DNA of 64,000 nt from Blastocladiella emersonii ATCC 22665 (Eukaryota > Fungi > Blastocladiomycota): contig JANHCV010000004.1 of assembly GCA_025594325.1 (NCBI GenBank), forward strand, positions 2,449,225-2,513,224, given 5' to 3'. The position numbers and the translations under genes were made by a program. Shown in pieces: positions 11,831-24,449 of the stretch (position 1 is the first letter of the stretch; each line of letters begins with the position of its first letter). Under the pieces are notes generated by a model, which was not told the origin of the DNA, did no database searches, and was given only the letters and a program-made list of their open reading frames with translations.

Positions 11831-13978
11831 CTACTTGCGGCCCCACAGCCCGCCGAGCCAGCCCGTGATCCCCGACGCAGACTCTTCTTCCTGCTTCGCC
11901 TGAGCTGGCGCCGCAGCCGACTTCTTGGCCGCCTGCGTCTTGGCCGGCTTGGCCTTGGGCGTCTCGCGCGCCTGCTGCTGCTGGTGCACCGGCGCCTCGT
12001 CGACGGCGTCGAGGTCGGGGAAGTCGATCTCGTTGTACGCGAGGTCAAAGAAGACGGGCTTGGCGGGCATGGGCAGCGGGCGCGGGCGCGCGGCCTGGAG
12101 GACCGTGCCCTCGGTCGCGGGGCGGACCGAGAAGAGCGCGTGCGACAGCGGGGTTGCAGCGTCCGGTCCAGCAGCGGCCGTATCGGCGTCAGCCTTGCCG
12201 CCCTTGGCCTTGCCCTTACCGGCCTCGGCGAGCAGCTGCTGGGCGGTCGTGTACGCGCCGGCACGCGCGGTGAGGTCGGCCTCGAGCTCGGCGAGCGCGG
12301 CGTCCGCGAGCGTCGGGACCGCGGGCTCGAACATGGCCTCGACCACGTCGTCGCCGGCGGATGCGAGCACGTCGGTGTTGGTGCGGTTCTCGGCGAGGTG
12401 CGCGATCCCGGCGCGCGCGGCCGCGCGGGACTCGGCCCACTGGTGCTCGGCGGCGTACGCGATGGCGATCTGGCGGCTGCGCATGGCGCGGAACCGGCGC
12501 ACGGCCTGGTCGACGGCGGCCGAGCCGACCGGGTGCGTGGCAATCGGCGCGAGGTCCGCAATCTCGGTCAGGTTCTGCAGCACCGTCTCGAGCAGGCGGA
12601 TGGTCTCCGTGTAGTGCTTGGTCGTGGCGGCGGACGACGACGAGGAGGTGCCGGTGGCGGTCTCGGCAGTCGCATCTTGGGCGCGGTCCGAGCGGTTGCG
12701 GCGGCGCACAGCAGCGCCGTCCTTGCCGGCGGCACCCTTGGCGCCCTTGGGCTGGCGCAGGGCGGCCGAGGCGACGGTGAAGGGGGCGCCGTTGGCGTGG
12801 GGCTCGTTGGCCTTGGCGTCGAGGAGGAGCAGGTTGCGCTGGGCCGTGTGGACGCGGCGGGCGTAGGCGAGGGCGGCAGCCACGTTCTGCAGGGTGGTGG
12901 CGGCGGTGGAGGCGGTCGAGGTGGAGACCTTGAGGGCGGCCTCGGCGTTGGCGGCCACGTCGCGCTGGGCGAGGCGCTCGGCCTGGATGAGGGCCGAGAT
13001 GAGGGTCTGGTACGCGGCGAGCTTCTGGGCGCGGGCGTCGAGCTTGGCGATGCCGGCCTCGAGCTCGCGGGCCTGCAGGACGAGGCGGGCGATCGGCTGG
13101 CTGCGCACGGGGACGGGCTCGCCGAGGAAGGTGAGGCCGACCTGGCCGCCGCGCGTGGCGTCGGCCGCGGTGGCGGCTGTGGCGGCCTGGAGCATGGTGT
13201 CGAGCTCCTGCTGCAGGGCGTCGTCGGAGCCCGTGGCGGGCTGGGACTGGATGAGGCGGACGAGGGCGTCCACGTCCTGGCCGCGCTTGGCGAGGGTGTA
13301 CATGCAGTAGCGGACCTGGGGCTCGACGGCGTCGATGGCGGCCTGGGCGAGGGCGGCGTGGGTGTGGTCGTCGGCGCACAGCTTGGCGAGGTTCTCGTAG
13401 AGCGACTTGGCGGAGACGAAGCTGTCGAGGGCGTCCTGCCACGCGTGCTTTTCGACTAGGTGGCGGCCGACCATGGTGCGGGCGTAGGCGCGGGCCTCGA
13501 GCACGTCGGTGACGTGGAAGGTGAGGTCCGGGTTGACGGCGTCGGCGTCGGCGGTCGCGTCGGCGGCGCGGCGGGCGAGCTCGGTGACGATCAGCTCGAG
13601 CTTCTCGGCCGAGGCAGCCGCGTTCTTGAGCTTCTTGAGGGCGTGGCGGCGCTTCTGGTTGGCCGAGACGCTGTCGACGACCTTGGCCTGCTCGAGCAGG
13701 TCCGAGGCGTGGGCCCAGTACCGCTCGGTGGTGAAGGCGAGGGCGAGGACGTGGCGCGGGTCGGCGACGGTGGCGAGCTCAATGGGCTTCTTCTCGAAGA
13801 CCTTGCCGGCCTGCTGGCACAGGCCCGAAGCGGCGCGCAGGCGCTGGATGCGGCGCGTGCAGAAGGAGCGGTACCGCTCGTAGTCGTCGTGGCGCAGGCC
13901 GTACGTCTGCCGCGCCTCGGCCAGCGTGGCCAGCAGGGCGAGCGACTGCGCACGCGCGGTCTCGGTGAGGGCGCCCAT
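11831..13978 (-). CDS. SRP68: Signal recognition particle subunit SRP68
   Basis: ARQTYGLRHDDYERYRSFCTRRIQRLR at the N-terminus; PMPAKPVFFDLAYNEIDFPDL and GITGWLGGLWGRK at the C-terminus. Confidence 0.95.
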   Translation of the reverse strand: MGALTETARAQSLALLATLAEARQTYGLRHDDYERYRSFCTRRIQRLRAASGLCQQAGKVFEKKPIELATVADPRHVLALAFTTERYWAHASDLLEQAKVVDSVSANQKRRHALKKLKNAAASAEKLELIVTELARRAADATADADAVNPDLTFHVTDVLEARAYARTMVGRHLVEKHAWQDALDSFVSAKSLYENLAKLCADDHTHAALAQAAIDAVEPQVRYCMYTLAKRGQDVDALVRLIQSQPATGSDDALQQELDTMLQAATAATAADATRGGQVGLTFLGEPVPVRSQPIARLVLQARELEAGIAKLDARAQKLAAYQTLISALIQAERLAQRDVAANAEAALKVSTSTASTAATTLQNVAAALAYARRVHTAQRNLLLLDAKANEPHANGAPFTVASAALRQPKGAKGAAGKDGAAVRRRNRSDRAQDATAETATGTSSSSSAATTKHYTETIRLLETVLQNLTEIADLAPIATHPVGSAAVDQAVRRFRAMRSRQIAIAYAAEHQWAESRAAARAGIAHLAENRTNTDVLASAGDDVVEAMFEPAVPTLADAALAELEADLTARAGAYTTAQQLLAEAGKGKAKGGKADADTAAAGPDAATPLSHALFSVRPATEGTVLQAARPRPLPMPAKPVFFDLAYNEIDFPDLDAVDEAPVHQQQQARETPKAKPAKTQAAKKSAAAPAQAKQEEESASGITGWLGGLWGRK

Positions 13979-14289
13979 GGTGACTTGATGCGTAGCTTTG
14001 CGAGCGGTTGATCCGATCTGCTGTTGGGATGAGCGGCAGGGGAGAAGAGGGCGTCGCCGGCACCGGAGCGCGACCAGGAGCGCGACCGCGACCTCGGCAG
14101 TGTGGCGTCGTTCACCCGCGGCGCCCGCCTGCCACGCCCGTCGGGCCGCCGATGCCGTCAGCTGATGCCGAGGCTCAGACTTTTTTCTCGTCGCCGAGCG
14201 CGTCGCTGCCGTGAGCCTTCACGCGCTTCCCCTCCACTTCCATCGCTGCTCCCCTCTGCCAACGCAAACCACGTAGCACGCACCAACCC

Positions 14290-16596
14290 ATGACATCAAA
14301 CCCGCCGCCAAACTACGGCGCCGCGTCCAGCTCGGGATCTGGCGCGCCGCTGCTGCCGACCTCGGCGGCTCCTTTGTCGTCGCCGTCGGCGGGCCCTGAG
14401 AAGAAGCCCGCGGCGGCCATCGGCTCGGCCGTGCGCTTCCGCATCATTACGCCGCCCACGCCCGCCGGCCGCTCGCCCGCCACGTCGCCCGTCCTGCCGC
14501 CCGTGCGCGGCGGGCCCTCGGGGTCCTACTCGGCGCCCGTGTCGCCGCTCGCCCCGACGGCCGCGTCGCGCGACTTCCCCTTCGCGCCCTCGATCGGCCC
14601 GCGCGTCCCGCTGCGCACCACCTCGTCCAAGCTCGCCCACCCCACCCCCAAGACCGTGCTGCTGCCCGACGGCGAGTCGAGCGCGCCACCATCTGCGCCA
14701 ACCGTCGCTGCGCCCATCCCGGTCCACGCGACGCCGCCGACGCTGCAGCGCCTGCCCTCCACCTCCACCAACAACAGCCTGCTGCTGCACGAGTCCACTC
14801 CGCTGCCGCCGCCCGCCATCGCCACGGCCCACCTCGAGCGCGCCGCCTCGCCCACCACGGGCGATGCCGCCAACGTCGCGCTCCCGGCCTCGCTCGGCTC
14901 CAGCCCGACCTCGTCGATGCTGCCGCCGCCGAGCCCGACCGCTGTGCGCCCCGACGACGCGAGCGACATGACCGCGCGTCGCGCGCTCGACGCCCTCCTC
15001 GTGCAAGAGATTGCCCAGGACGTGCAGCACCCGGCCGACGTGGTCGTGGGCCCCACCCTCGGCTTCAGCACCACGCCGCCCGAGCACGACCACGACTACG
15101 TCGGCGGCCCGCTCCCGCACGCCCTGCCCGTGCACCCGAGCGAGATCCACGCCCACCTCGTGCACGCCACGCCCGAGGGCATGCTCGACGACTCGGCCCC
15201 CGTCACCGTGCCCGTGTCGCCCGTCCCCTCGCCGCGCCCGCCCTCGCAGCAGCACATTGAGCACATCCAGGAGATTTCGTCGAGCGCCGGCGCACGCACC
15301 ATGGCCGAGCACATTGCTAAGGAGGACCGCACCTGGCTCCCGCGCTGCACCGCCTACGTCACCTCGCCGTCGTTCCGGTTCGCCGACCTCATCACCTTCC
15401 TCGTCGTCCGACACAAGGTCCAGGTCCGCGCCTACGACGAGTGCCTCTACGCCACCTACCCGCAGTTCTGCCACCAGCCGCTCTACGCCACGCCCGCCCC
15501 CGCGCCCGAGGCCAGCAATCTACCCGGTGCCGGCGACCCGTACGGCGGCGGCGGCCTTCCCGGCCAGTTCAACCCCATGCAGTCGCAGCAGCAGCAGCCG
15601 TCGGCCAACGCGTCCATGGCGGACCTGCGCCGCACCAAGTCGCTGTCGCAGTCGCACCTCCTCGACGGCAGCGCGCCGTCCGTCGCACCGCTCCCGCGGC
15701 CCGTGTTCCCCGGCAGCAGCATCGAGCACGGCTTCGACATGACGGGCGCGTCCGCGTCGGGTGTCGCCGCCGCCTCGGCCGCCGCCGCTGCCGCCGCGGC
15801 CAACCCGTCGCGCGCGGCGGTCGCGCACCCGATTCTGCCGGCGGCAGAGTGCTGCATATTTAACTACGGCGTCGTTGTGTGCTGGGGCATGACGGAAAAG
15901 GAGGAGCAGTGGCTGCTGCGCGAGATCCGGCAGTTTGGCGAGGTGGACGGCGGCGGGTCGTCAAGCACCGGCGGCAGCGACGGCGGCGGCGGTACCAGCC
16001 TGTTCGAGGACGACTTTGACGACGAAAATCTTCTTGAAAGCCTTCATTACCAGTACGATCCAAGTGCGACGGGGCGGCCGCGCATCTACAACGACATCAT
16101 CACGCTGCGCGACGGGCACCACATGACCAAGGTGACCATCTCGCACGGGATCGCGCAGTCGTGCAAGCTGCTGCTGTTCGAGATCCGCATGGAGGCGGCG
16201 CTCGAGAACACGCGGCACATTCCCAAGTCGCTGGCGCAGACGGGCAACGTGCAGCTGTCGCCGCGCGAGATCACGACGCTGACGGGGCAGCTGTACCGGC
16301 TGCGCATGGACCTCAACCTCGTGTCCAACGTGCTCGACGTGCCCGACATGTTCTGGACCATGCCCGGGTGGCAGCCGCTGTACCGCGCCGTGCAAAAGTA
16401 CCTCGAGATCGAGCAGCGGTCCAAGACGCTCAACCTGCGCGCCTCGGTGCTGTCGGACCTGCTCGACATGCTCAGCTCGCACGTCACGTCCACGCAGATG
16501 GACTGGATGACGTACGTGGTCATCATCCTCATCGCCATCGACGTGCTGGTCCTGTCGGGCGAGATTGTCATGAAGGCCATCAAGATCGGCGGTTGA
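14290..16596 (+). CDS. RMD1: RMD1/Sif2 family protein (DUF155)
   Basis: WLPRCTAYVT, CIFNYGVVVCWGMT, RIYNDIITL, KVTISHGIAQSCKL, ELNLVSNVLDVP-like motif, YLEIEQR, C-terminal TM helix. Confidence 0.9.
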   Translation: MTSNPPPNYGAASSSGSGAPLLPTSAAPLSSPSAGPEKKPAAAIGSAVRFRIITPPTPAGRSPATSPVLPPVRGGPSGSYSAPVSPLAPTAASRDFPFAPSIGPRVPLRTTSSKLAHPTPKTVLLPDGESSAPPSAPTVAAPIPVHATPPTLQRLPSTSTNNSLLLHESTPLPPPAIATAHLERAASPTTGDAANVALPASLGSSPTSSMLPPPSPTAVRPDDASDMTARRALDALLVQEIAQDVQHPADVVVGPTLGFSTTPPEHDHDYVGGPLPHALPVHPSEIHAHLVHATPEGMLDDSAPVTVPVSPVPSPRPPSQQHIEHIQEISSSAGARTMAEHIAKEDRTWLPRCTAYVTSPSFRFADLITFLVVRHKVQVRAYDECLYATYPQFCHQPLYATPAPAPEASNLPGAGDPYGGGGLPGQFNPMQSQQQQPSANASMADLRRTKSLSQSHLLDGSAPSVAPLPRPVFPGSSIEHGFDMTGASASGVAAASAAAAAAAANPSRAAVAHPILPAAECCIFNYGVVVCWGMTEKEEQWLLREIRQFGEVDGGGSSSTGGSDGGGGTSLFEDDFDDENLLESLHYQYDPSATGRPRIYNDIITLRDGHHMTKVTISHGIAQSCKLLLFEIRMEAALENTRHIPKSLAQTGNVQLSPREITTLTGQLYRLRMDLNLVSNVLDVPDMFWTMPGWQPLYRAVQKYLEIEQRSKTLNLRASVLSDLLDMLSSHVTSTQMDWMTYVVIILIAIDVLVLSGEIVMKAIKIGG

Positions 16597-16620
16597 GTGC
16601 GCGCAAGGCGAGCACGGCGG

Positions 16621-16746
16621 GCTGGTCTATCATTCGTATATAGCACTCAATTACTCTTCTTTCCCCTCCTCGAACGCGCGCGAGTACAGCTGGTCTATCA
16701 ATCGTGTATGGCTCTCAATTACTCCTCGCGAAGCTAGTACAGCTGG
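16621..16746. repeat. Imperfect tandem duplication (~55-68 bp unit) in the shared 3' region of two convergent genes
   Basis: GCTGGTCTATCATTCGTATATAGCACTCAATTACTC (16621-16656) vs GCTGGTCTATCAATCGTGTATGGCTCTCAATTACTC (16689-16724), each followed by ...AGTACAGCTGG. Confidence 0.85.
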
Positions 16747-17018
16747 GCGAAGAGCGTCCACAGCAGCACGAACCAGGCCATGGACGGGAGCGCGGCCTCC
16801 ATGACGATGGGCAGCTTGCCGCCAATGGCCTCCTCGTCGAGGCCGACGCGCTTGGCGACCGTGAGCCCCGCGACGTTGGCGGTCAGCAGGAAACCCATGA
16901 TCCCGTTGGCGCCCTCGACGTGGTTGAGCCCGCACATGACGGCCGACGCGGTCGCGATGACCATCTTGATGGTGCCGATCTCGGACGGCAGCTCGGTCGA
17001 CGAGAAGATGGAGGTCAT
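16734..17018 (-). CDS. Rab5-interacting family small membrane protein (RAB5IF/OPTI-like; EMC6 superfamily)
   Basis: 94 aa with 3 hydrophobic segments; GANGIMGFLL...GLDEEAIGG...SMAWFVLLWTLF resembles RAB5IF (GFLGIAGF...IDEEEYGG...SFALFMVIWIIF). Confidence 0.75.
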   Translation of the reverse strand: MTSIFSSTELPSEIGTIKMVIATASAVMCGLNHVEGANGIMGFLLTANVAGLTVAKRVGLDEEAIGGKLPIVMEAALPSMAWFVLLWTLFAQLY

Positions 17019-18018
17019 GGTGACGGGTTGAAGGCTACGAGAATCACGCCGTGGGGATGAGTCGTGTCCAGGGCGGCAGCGAGCGCGGGATTCGCACTCA
17101 TACCGGAGCGGCCGAGTCGTTGCAGCGAGTGCGGAGGCGCGGAATTCGGTGGGGTGCGTCGAGTCAGGGAGTGCGGGGTTTAGGAGCGCGGGGGTGGGCG
17201 CGGCGCGCGACGTGGCGCCCTGAGAACGGCGCGAGATCGCGTGAGCGGGGCCGCCAACCGCGCGGTCCCTTCCCCCCGCACCCGCGCGACTTCCCAGGCC
17301 GGGATCTCGGCCGACACCTGGGGCCTCGAGCTCTGTGGTTTCTCACGGCACTTTGCGCGTGCTCACCGCGGCTGTCTGGTGAGCGGTTCCTCGGCGGGTG
17401 GGCGGTCCAAGGTCGGTGGCCGTGGCCAAGACGCACTTCGCTGCCCGCCTGCTGCCCACGACGACGGCCACGGCCGATGGACGACGAGTTCCTTCATCGA
17501 TGAGAACGTTGCGCAGCATCTCTCAGCCGCCTATTCTTACGGGACCCAGGCATTGCAATGGGGCGAGCAATCGCGGGGCAATCGGCCGCGGTGCCGGGTT
17601 GAGCGACGCGCGCGATCCCTGCCACTCAGATCCGCGCGCGCGGAAAAACCGACCGGCCGGCTTGAGGGGAGCTGGCCCCACTTTTCCCACAGGCTTGACG
17701 GGTCGCTCATCTCGGCCGGCGCTCATTCCGCAGCCACGCAGCTTTCCTCGCGACCGCGACGCGCTGGCCCCAGCGCCGCATTCTTGCCGTTCGTCGCGCG
17801 TCCCTCTCACGCACGCGCGGCCATGGCCCCGGCCCCGGGCATCGAGGAAGGGGGACGTTCTCGGCCCCGATAAATACCCTCGCGCCCCCGCCCGGCCCTG
17901 GACCAGCTCTGTATACACACGGCCACGGCCTCCACCACCACGACCAAGACCCCCCATACATTCTAGACGTCGGCCACCACCGCCACCGCCACCACCACCA
18001 ACAAGAAGACCAACCAAG

Positions 18019-19107
18019 ATGGCCGCCTCGCTCCTCAACCTCCTCGTCCTCGCCCTGTGCGTGCTCTCGGCCACGGCCGCCCCGGCCACCACCACGCCCG
18101 CGGCCAGCGCCTCGGCCCTCACGGGCGCCGGCAAGCTGCTCTCGCCGGGCCTCACCAAGTTCGACTACGCCATGTTCCAGAACGACATGACGCCCGAGCA
18201 GTCGCGCGCGCTCGCGTCCATCATGTCGCAGGAGGCCGACGACGACCTCAAGACCACCAAGCTCATGAACGCGCTGGCGTTCGCGCCGTCGCGCCCGACG
18301 CTCGCCTCGGCCGGTGTCGAGGAGATCAAGGACCTGGCCCTGTTCGCGTCGATCCCGTACTGCGGCTCGCCCGCCACGCTGTCGACGCTGTCGTGCGGCA
18401 AGAAGTGCCTCGACTGGCGCGCCCGCAACACGCGCGTCGTGGCCACGCTCGCGGGCGACGCGACGCTCGGGTTCGTGGCCGTGCGCGCCGAGGCCAAGCA
18501 AGTTGTGGTCTCGTTCCGCGGGTCCAACAACATCCAGAACTGGCTCGACAATCTCGAACTCTACCGCATCCCGTACCCGTTCCCCAAGCCCGCCTCGGCC
18601 AGCGACGTGTGGGTGCACAAGGGCTTCGTCGACGCGTACAACGCCGTGCGCGCGCAGATGCTCGCCTCGGTCAAGTCGGCGGCCGCCGCCAACCCCGACT
18701 TCGAGGTCGTTTTCACGGGCCACTCGCTAGGCGGCGCGCTCGCGACCATGGCCGCGACGGACGCCGTCAACACGGGCACGGTGCCGGCGAGCCGCGTGCA
18801 GCTGACGTCGTTTGCGTCGCCGCGCGTCGGCAACGGCGGGTACTCGGCCATGGTCGGCAGCACGGGGTTCGCGGCCATGCACCGCGTCACCGAGGGCAAC
18901 GACATTGTGCCGCACGTGCCGCCGCAGTTCATGGGCTACACGCACACGGTCGGCGAGCACTACGTGCTCAACGGGCGCATCTACCAGTGCAGCGGCCAGG
19001 AGGACGGCGGGTGCTCCAACTCGCGCGTCCCGTTCCTCTCGGTCCTCGCCCACGCCCGCTTCTTTGGCCAGGACAACTTCTTTGGCCCGCTCGCGTGCAT
19101 CTTCTAG
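18019..19107 (+). CDS. Secreted triacylglycerol lipase, class 3
   Basis: Signal peptide MAASLLNLLVLALCVLSATA; VVSFRGS, VHKGF, GHSLGG nucleophile elbow, NDIVPHVPP. Confidence 0.95.
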   Translation: MAASLLNLLVLALCVLSATAAPATTTPAASASALTGAGKLLSPGLTKFDYAMFQNDMTPEQSRALASIMSQEADDDLKTTKLMNALAFAPSRPTLASAGVEEIKDLALFASIPYCGSPATLSTLSCGKKCLDWRARNTRVVATLAGDATLGFVAVRAEAKQVVVSFRGSNNIQNWLDNLELYRIPYPFPKPASASDVWVHKGFVDAYNAVRAQMLASVKSAAAANPDFEVVFTGHSLGGALATMAATDAVNTGTVPASRVQLTSFASPRVGNGGYSAMVGSTGFAAMHRVTEGNDIVPHVPPQFMGYTHTVGEHYVLNGRIYQCSGQEDGGCSNSRVPFLSVLAHARFFGQDNFFGPLACIF

Positions 19108-20138
19108 ACGCCCGCTCGGAGTTGATGCTCGTGTCGAGCATCGCGGTTTTGTATCCCCCCCTCTCTGTACACGGACTACAGGCTAGACGTGCAATACTTT
19201 TTTGCCCCTCCATCAATCCTTTGCAGCTGCTTGAGAGCGGGAGGGGTGGGGAACCGACCCACCAGACGCGTCGAACCGACCGGCTGAACTGCCGCGTCGA
19301 GCAAAATTGTTCGCGCTCACACGCAGATTGGGGATCGGCGGCCCCAGCGGCGGCTGTTCTCACCCACCTGAAACGCGTCGCGTTCTGCGCTCGCTCGGGG
19401 TTTGTCCGACCGCCCGTTCCCTCGCATGACCCCGTCCCCGCGAGCGAAATGAACTTGCCGAGCCCGGCCGCAGACGTTCGGGTCGGCTCGGCAACGCGCA
19501 CGGCGATCCGGCCGCGCTGCGTCAGCTCGCGGTTCCGCGCGACCGATGGTGCCGCCTCCGCCACGCGTGGGAATCGAGGACCCGGGGAACCACTCGCCCC
19601 GTTCGTCCTTATGCGCTGGAGCTGCGCAGCAAGGCGCCGCCGCGCGCGACTCACACGCGCAGATCCACGCGAGGCCGCGGGTTCCCAGCGAACCCGGGTC
19701 CTCGGCGCCGACACGCGACCATGGTTCGTGGGAAGCGCGCCGCAGCAACGTGAGCGGCGAGGGGACCCAGAATACGCGTGGAGCGCGGGGCCCAATGCTC
19801 GGTTTTGGAAGCTGAGACACGCCGCGAGTCACAGCGAGGCCCCACCGCCGCCTGATCCAGGCCGGGATTGCTGCGTTTCATGGCTGCGGAGGTCGCATGC
19901 GCGCCGCTCCCCAACACGGTCGGAGGTCGACGAGCGCGGGGCTCCGCTGGGTTCTCCGCAGCGAGCGAGCGATGGCCATCCATCGCGCTGGGTTGGTTGT
20001 TTGCTATTCGTGAGGATCGGGGCCGGCGCTCAAGGAGTATAAAGAGCCCGCGTCCCCTCGACCCTCACGATCCCCTTCAAGAGTCGTTAGCCGGTCTAGA
20101 CACGCACATACAACGCATCAAGCACCACCACCACCACC

Positions 20139-21288
20139 ATGGCCAATCTCTCTGCCCTCCTCGTCGTCCTGGCGGCGGCCATCCTGTCGGCCTCGGCGGC
20201 CCCGACCACGGCGCCCGTCAACGACCAGCAGCTGCGCGACGCGGGCAAGATCCTCTCGCCGGGCCTCACCAAGTTCGACTACTCCATGTTCAAGAACGAC
20301 ATGACGCCCGCGCAGGCCCGCGCCCTCGCCTCCATCATGTCGCGCGAGGCGCCGGACGACAAGAAGCGCGAGTGGCTCATGGGCGCGCTCGCCTCGACGC
20401 CGTCCCGCCCGACCGTCTCGGGCGCCCAGCTCGAGTCGTTCAAGGACCTTGCCCAGTTCGCCGCCGTCGCCTACTGCGCCAACTCGAACACGGTCTCGTC
20501 GTGGTCGTGCGGCAAGACGTGCTCCAAGTACGCGCTTCCTCACTGAAACGGGCGTTTGGAGTCGCAGTTGTCTGACCTCGTGTCACCATCGTAGCTCGCG
20601 CGTTTCCGGCGTGACCCCCGTCGCCGCGCTGCAGGCCGCCGACACGTTCGGCTACGTCGCCGTGCGCCCCAAGGCCAAGCAGATCATCATCTCGTTCCGC
20701 GGCTCCGTCAACTCGGCCAACTGGATCGATAACCTGCAAGTGTCCAAGGTCGACTACCCGTGGCCGCGCCCCGCCGGCGTCAACACGGTCGGCGTCTCGG
20801 TCCACAAGGGCTTCACCGACGTGTACAAGGTCGTGCGCGACAAGCTCCTGTCGACGCTCAAGTCGACGGCCGCCGCCAACCCCGACTTCGAGGTCGTTTT
20901 CACGGGCCACTCGCTAGGCGGCGCCGTCGCGACGCTCGCGGCCACGGACGCCGTCGGCACGGGCACCGTCCCGGCGCGCCGCATCCGCATCATCAACTTT
21001 GGCGCGCCGCGCGTCGGCAACAAGGAGTTCGGCACCATGCTCGGCAACCTCGGGTTCGCGGGCATCGACCGCCTGGTGAACGAGAACGACATTGTCCCGC
21101 ACATCCCGCCCCAGTTCTCGGGGTACTGGCACTCGGCCGGCGAAAAGTACATCTACAACGGCCAGGTGTACGTGTGCAACGGGCTCGAGGACGACGCGTG
21201 CTCCAACTCGCGCGTGCCCTTCGTCTCGTCGGGCGCCCACGGCGGGTTCCTTGGCCAGGAGAAGGTGTTCGGGACGGGCGCGTGCTAA
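20139..21288 (+). CDS. Secreted triacylglycerol lipase, class 3 (tandem paralog); intron 20528-20594
   Basis: Signal peptide; ISFRGS, VHKGF, GHSLGG, NDIVPHIPP. The 67-bp GTACGC...TAG intron restores frame. Near-identical blocks shared with the upstream lipase. Confidence 0.95.
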
Positions 21289-21513
21289 GATGTGGTGCGC
21301 GGCGCAGAGTGTTAGACCGATGTACACATCATATAAATATACGACACGAACGCCCGCGGGCGGGTTTTGCTTCCACCTTCTCTGTCTCTCGCGTCGCTCA
21401 CTTCCCGTGATCGAGACGCGTCTCGATGAGCAGGCGCTCTCTTCGCCCTACCACTCTCCATGTTAGCTTCACGGACCAAGAGCGCGACTTCCCGCACCGA
21501 CCCGCCTGCGACC

Positions 21514-22263
21514 ATGACTTCGCGGCGGCGTGCGTCAGAGTCGACTGCTTCCGGTCGGCCGTCCTCGTCCTCGTCCTCGTCCGAGACACCGAAGCTGCCG
21601 GCGCTCGACCGCGCGTCGTCCGTCGTGTCGTCCAAACCCGTGCCCTCCAGCGACGTTAAACCTGCACGCTCGGTCAACGCGCCGCGTCCGGCGCCACCCG
21701 CGCGGAACGGCGGCAATCCGTCGCGCGCGTCCCCTTCCGAGCGGCGCAACGGGAGCGCCACGTCCGGCCATCGCGGGCCGCCGCCGACCTCACAGCGGTC
21801 CAGCGGTGCTGCGCGGTCCCCGCCCCCGCCAGCTCCGCCCGCGCAGCCCCGGCAAGCGCAAGTCGGACCAGGCGATCTCAGCGAGGAGGACCAGCAGCGA
21901 CTGCTCATACTGATGCTGCGGCGGGCGTACCCCGAGGCGTTGGTTAGGTGCTCTGAGCGTACGTCTACAAGCGTCCTGGGTGCGCACCGAGTACTGACGC
22001 AAGCCGGACGACCGTGTGTAGTGCTTGCGCGACACCCGGGCAACACGTTTCTGCTCGACTCGAAGGCGACGCTGCAGCAGTGGGTCGACCAGCAGCAGCA
22101 GGAGGACTCGGACGGCGAGAGCGAGGAGGATGGATGTGACGACGACGGTGAGTCGGACGAGAGCGAAGAGGACAGCAACAGCGACGAGGACGGCGCCGCC
22201 GTGCCGCCGCCGCCCGCGCAGTCTAGCACAAGCGCGAGCCGACGAGCTGGGCCGGGCACGTAG
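21514..22263 (+). CDS. Hypothetical protein (Ser/Pro-rich N-terminus, acidic C-terminus); possible intron ~21948-22021
   Basis: Open frame with ACC-ATG start and a helical core LSEEDQQRLLILMLRRAYPEAL; no recognised domain. Confidence 0.5.
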   Translation: MTSRRRASESTASGRPSSSSSSSETPKLPALDRASSVVSSKPVPSSDVKPARSVNAPRPAPPARNGGNPSRASPSERRNGSATSGHRGPPPTSQRSSGAARSPPPPAPPAQPRQAQVGPGDLSEEDQQRLLILMLRRAYPEALVRCSERTSTSVLGAHRVLTQAGRPCVVLARHPGNTFLLDSKATLQQWVDQQQQEDSDGESEEDGCDDDGESDESEEDSNSDEDGAAVPPPPAQSSTSASRRAGPGT

Positions 22264-22351
22264 GTTGGCATGGATGGGTGGAAAGGGTATACTTTGCGTT
22301 TATCATCATCAAGTCTGGTGTAGTCTGCTGAGTGTTGAGGGTCGGCGACGA

Positions 22352-23843
<1,492 letters not shown>

Positions 23844-24263
23844 GGTTGGCGTCTGGCTAGCGGTGCGGGCTTGGCGCAGAGGGGAGCGGGGCGAGAGCGA
23901 CTCTTGAGGTCGCGGCGCGCTTCCACCGCCATGCCGCGGAAGATTCCGGGTCGGTCACATTGCTGTTACTTGGCGTCGCGTTGCGTGTTCCATGGCCGCG
24001 CGTGGCGTGTCGCGCGAGACAGCCAGCCGCGCGCACGGCGGGAGACACATCACGGGACGGAAACCGGCTGGTTTTGGTCAGGCGAGGCAACTGCCACGGC
24101 GATCACCAGCCGATAAACTTCGGTTTGCGCCTCACGGTCGGCCGCCGCACGCACGCACGGCAGCCACGGCCGACCCGAAGCGGCCGGCTCGGCCACCATG
24201 GCGCTCGCTCGCCCGCAACGCAACGTATCAAGCTTGTCGCCGACCGCCACTCCCCGCAACACC

Positions 24264-24449
24264 ATGTCGCAGATCGCCCCCATCACTGGCATGCTCCGCC
24301 GCAAGTTCTTCGTCGACCTGACGATCGCCCTCGGCTCGGGCACCGCCGCCGGCTACTGGTGGTGGAACAACCACACGGCTGGCGTCCAGGCCCGCGAGGC
24401 CAAGCTCCGCGAGATCCGCATCGCCTCGGGCCTGCCCGTGTCCCAGTAA
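24264..24449 (+). CDS. COX9: Cytochrome c oxidase subunit VIIa (fungal Cox9), 61 aa
   Basis: MSQIAPITGMLRRKFFVDLTIALGSGTAAGYWWW matches the fungal Cox9 pattern IAPITG..R...D......G......YWWW. Confidence 0.9.
   Translation: MSQIAPITGMLRRKFFVDLTIALGSGTAAGYWWWNNHTAGVQAREAKLREIRIASGLPVSQ

Noticed and set aside
11984-13459. Long antisense/alternative-frame ORFs over SRP68, and similar ones over RMD1, CAT2, the Fanzor (43143..45221 -), the Spo71-like gene and the LINE
   Set aside because: Expected artefact of very high GC3 codon bias, which removes stops from antisense frames. The translations are Arg/Gly/Ala-rich with no motifs.
18057-20042. 661-aa ORF overlapping the first lipase
   Set aside because: Off-frame read-through of lipase coding and intergenic DNA; no domain signal.
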